64,000 nt of DNA from Vulcanimicrobiota bacterium (GTDB lineage Bacteria; Vulcanimicrobiota; Vulcanimicrobiia; Vulcanimicrobiales; Vulcanimicrobiaceae): the NCBI GenBank assembly GCA_963795855.1, contig CAWCIZ010000003.1, forward strand, positions 800,001 through 864,000, read 5' to 3'. The position numbers were made by a program, and so were the translations under genes. Positions 61,721 through 64,000 of this stretch are shown here, piece by piece; position 1 is the stretch's first letter; every line of letters begins with the position of its first letter. The notes under the pieces are model-generated. The model saw only the letters and a program-made list of their open reading frames with translations, did not search any database and was not told the DNA's origin.

Positions 61721-62209
61721 TTCAGGCCGTTCGAGCGCGACGTATCTTCGCTGCGGCCCGCATACACCGGATCCGGATTCGGCCGACGAAAAATTTGCGC
61801 GCGGATTGCCTGCATTTCCGCCGCATTTGTTTCAGCCGGTTCCGAAATAGTGCCGCCGGCAGCGTTTATGCGCAAACGGGCAAGGGTTTCGCTTCGCGGA
61901 TGCGCGGCGAATGGAGTATGCGGGATCGGACCGTGCGGATGCCACTGCTTGCGCGCGCGCTGCCGCATTCGCGAGAAGTTCGCGAACGTCGTCGCCGACT
62001 TGCAGCCGAGGCAGGATCGAGGGCGCGCTCGTATTGGCCGCTCACAAAAATGGCGGCGGCCGCGGCGACGACGAGTAAGACAGCGAAAGCGAGCATGGTT
62101 AGTGCCCGCAGCGAGCCGTTCACTTCGGCCAGGTCTGCGTCGGCGCTACACCGCAACTCCTGCACGAGCCCCGAGGGCACCGGCCACATGCAGCGAATCG
62201 GAAAGCGCT

Positions 62210-63883
62210 GTGTCGCAATACGTGTACTCGATGTACCGGGTCGGAAAAACCGTTCCGCCCAAACGGCAGATCCTCAAGGACATCTCGCTGAGTTTCTTTC
62301 CGGGCGCGAAAATCGGCGTGCTCGGTTTGAATGGCGCCGGTAAGTCTTCGCTGCTGCGCATCATGGCGGGCGTCGACACGGAATTCGACGGAACCGCCGA
62401 GGCGATGCCCGGCATGTCGATCGGCTATCTGCCGCAAGAACCGGTACTCGATCCCGACAAAACCGTGCGCGAAACGGTCGAAGAAGGACTGGGCGAGATT
62501 CTTGCGGCGCGCAATCGTTTGGAAGCGGTGTACGCCGCATACGGCGATCCGGATGCGGACTTTGACAAGCTCGCAGACGAGCAGGCGAAGCTGGAAGCCG
62601 TGCTCGCCTCCCACGATGCGAACAACATGGATCTGCAGCTGGAAATCGCCGCGGACGCCCTGCGCTTGCCGTCGTGGGATGCGAAGATCGCTCCCCTTTC
62701 GGGCGGTGAAAAACGCCGCGTCGCGCTCTGCCGTTTACTGCTGTCCAAGCCGGACATGCTGCTGCTGGACGAGCCGACCAATCATCTGGACGCCGAAAGC
62801 GTCGAATGGCTGGAGCAATTCTTGCAACGCTTTGCGGGAACGGTCGTTGCGGTTACGCACGATCGCTACTTCCTCGACAACGCGGCCGAGTGGATTTTGG
62901 AGTTGGACCGCGGTCATGGCATTCCGTGGAAGGGCAACTATACGTCGTGGCTGGAGCAGAAAGAAGCGCGTCTCGCGGCGGAAGAATCTGCCGAATCGGC
63001 ACGTCAAAAATCGCTCAAACGCGAGCTCGAATGGGTGCGCACCAATCCGAAGGGCCGGCAGGCGAAGAACAAGAGCCGCATCGCGCGTTTCGAAGAACTG
63101 AGCAGTTACGACTACCAAAAGCGCAACGAGACGCGAGAAATCTTCATTCCGGTTGCGGAACGCCTGGGCGATCGCGTCATGGAGTTCGACGGCGTCCGCA
63201 AAGCGTACGGCGAAAAACTGCTGATGGACGAGGTCAGTTTCCGCATTCCGGCGGGCGCAATCGTCGGCATCATCGGTCCGAACGGCGCCGGCAAATCGAC
63301 GTTGTTCCGGATGATCGCCGGCAAAGAGCAGCCGGACGCCGGAACCGTTTCAATCGGCCCAAGCGTGAAGCTGGCCCTGGTCGATCAAACGCGCGAGTCG
63401 CTCGAAAACGAGAAAACGGTCTTTGAAGACGTCACCGGCGGATTGGATTTGCTTACGGTGGGGCGCTTCGAAATGCCGTCGCGCGCTTATCTGGGTCGCT
63501 TTAATTTCAAAGGCGCCGACCAGCAGAAGAAAGTCGGTCAGCTCTCAGGCGGCGAGCGCGGGCGTTTACACTTGGCGAAGACGCTGGTCGCGGGCGCCAA
63601 CGTGCTGCTGCTCGACGAGCCGTCGAACGACTTGGATGTCGAGACGCTGCGCGCGCTGGAAGATGCGCTCGGCGAATTCGCGGGAACCGTTATGGTGATT
63701 AGTCACGACCGGTGGTTTTTGGACCGCATCGCTACGCACATCATCGCTTTCGAAGGAGACTCGAGCGTGTATTTCTTCGAAGGCAACTATCACGAGTACG
63801 AGGAGAACAAGAAAGCGCGCCTTGGCGAAGAAGCCGCGCGCCCGCACCGGCTTCGCTATAAGCCGTTGACGCTGCGCGCGTAG
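62210..63883 (+). CDS. ettA: Energy-dependent translational throttle ABC-F ATPase
   Basis: ILKDISLSFFPGAKIGVLGLNGAGKS, two ABC domains, ELEWVRTNPKGRQAK. Confidence 0.96.
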   Translation: MSQYVYSMYRVGKTVPPKRQILKDISLSFFPGAKIGVLGLNGAGKSSLLRIMAGVDTEFDGTAEAMPGMSIGYLPQEPVLDPDKTVRETVEEGLGEILAARNRLEAVYAAYGDPDADFDKLADEQAKLEAVLASHDANNMDLQLEIAADALRLPSWDAKIAPLSGGEKRRVALCRLLLSKPDMLLLDEPTNHLDAESVEWLEQFLQRFAGTVVAVTHDRYFLDNAAEWILELDRGHGIPWKGNYTSWLEQKEARLAAEESAESARQKSLKRELEWVRTNPKGRQAKNKSRIARFEELSSYDYQKRNETREIFIPVAERLGDRVMEFDGVRKAYGEKLLMDEVSFRIPAGAIVGIIGPNGAGKSTLFRMIAGKEQPDAGTVSIGPSVKLALVDQTRESLENEKTVFEDVTGGLDLLTVGRFEMPSRAYLGRFNFKGADQQKKVGQLSGGERGRLHLAKTLVAGANVLLLDEPSNDLDVETLRALEDALGEFAGTVMVISHDRWFLDRIATHIIAFEGDSSVYFFEGNYHEYEENKKARLGEEAARPHRLRYKPLTLRA

Positions 63884-63887
63884 ACCG

Positions 63888-64000
63888 CTACAAGCGCGCG
63901 GAGCGCTTTTGCTGCTTGGCGAAATACATCCGCTCGTCCGCAATTTGCAGCAGCGTTTCCGCGTCGGCCGCGTCGTCCGGATACAAACTCACGCCGATCG
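63888..64000 (-). CDS. GGDEF domain protein, C-terminal end (runs off the window)
   Basis: IGVSLYPDDAADAETLLQIADERMYFAK. Confidence 0.85.
   Translation of the reverse strand, partial: IGVSLYPDDAADAETLLQIADERMYFAKQQKRSARL

Noticed and set aside
1..64000. CRISPR arrays, tRNA, rRNA or IS transposases
   Set aside because: I saw no repeat-spacer periodicity, cloverleaf, rRNA-like tract or DDE transposase by eye. The island is not inserted at a tRNA.

Overview
GC-rich bacterial chromosomal window, probably from a diderm Terrabacterium. An Eremiobacterota/Vulcanimicrobiota-like origin is my impression from gene content and is not verified. Bases 1-39 kb are mostly host backbone: panC-coaBC-coaX, dusB, greA-lysS, truA, thyA-folA, rplM-rpsI, secD-secF, a HIRAN-RecQ-like helicase and an LD-carboxypeptidase. 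Two unusual loci sit in this backbone. (i) A four-gene operon (class III aminotransferase, SRPBCC protein, acyl-ACP-reductase-like protein, uncharacterised dehydrogenase-like protein) looks like a split PigE/TamH fatty-amine pathway. (ii) A miniaturised flagellum-derived type III export cluster (17.7-31.9 kb) has rod genes, the full export gate, the ATPase, a FliF fused to a FliG-middle-like domain and a probable short FliK, but no hook, filament or stator genes in the window. Bases 40147-60724 form a lower-GC element of about 20.6 kb with three tandem tyrosine recombinases plus a small HTH gene (GInt ginABCD-like) and imperfect terminal inverted repeats. It is inserted in the catalytic-Cys motif of a clostripain-like peptidase gene, whose two halves rejoin in frame at the junction. 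Its cargo is defence-rich: EVE-Mrr, HNH, a RosmerTA-like pair, and a C5 MTase-HNH-Vsr-NgoMIV-like REase-GHKL nuclease locus. A decayed MBOAT locus, ettA and a partial GGDEF gene end the window. Single-base frameshifts are frequent, even in secF and flhB, and most likely reflect sequencing indels. All family assignments are from motif recognition, not database searches.
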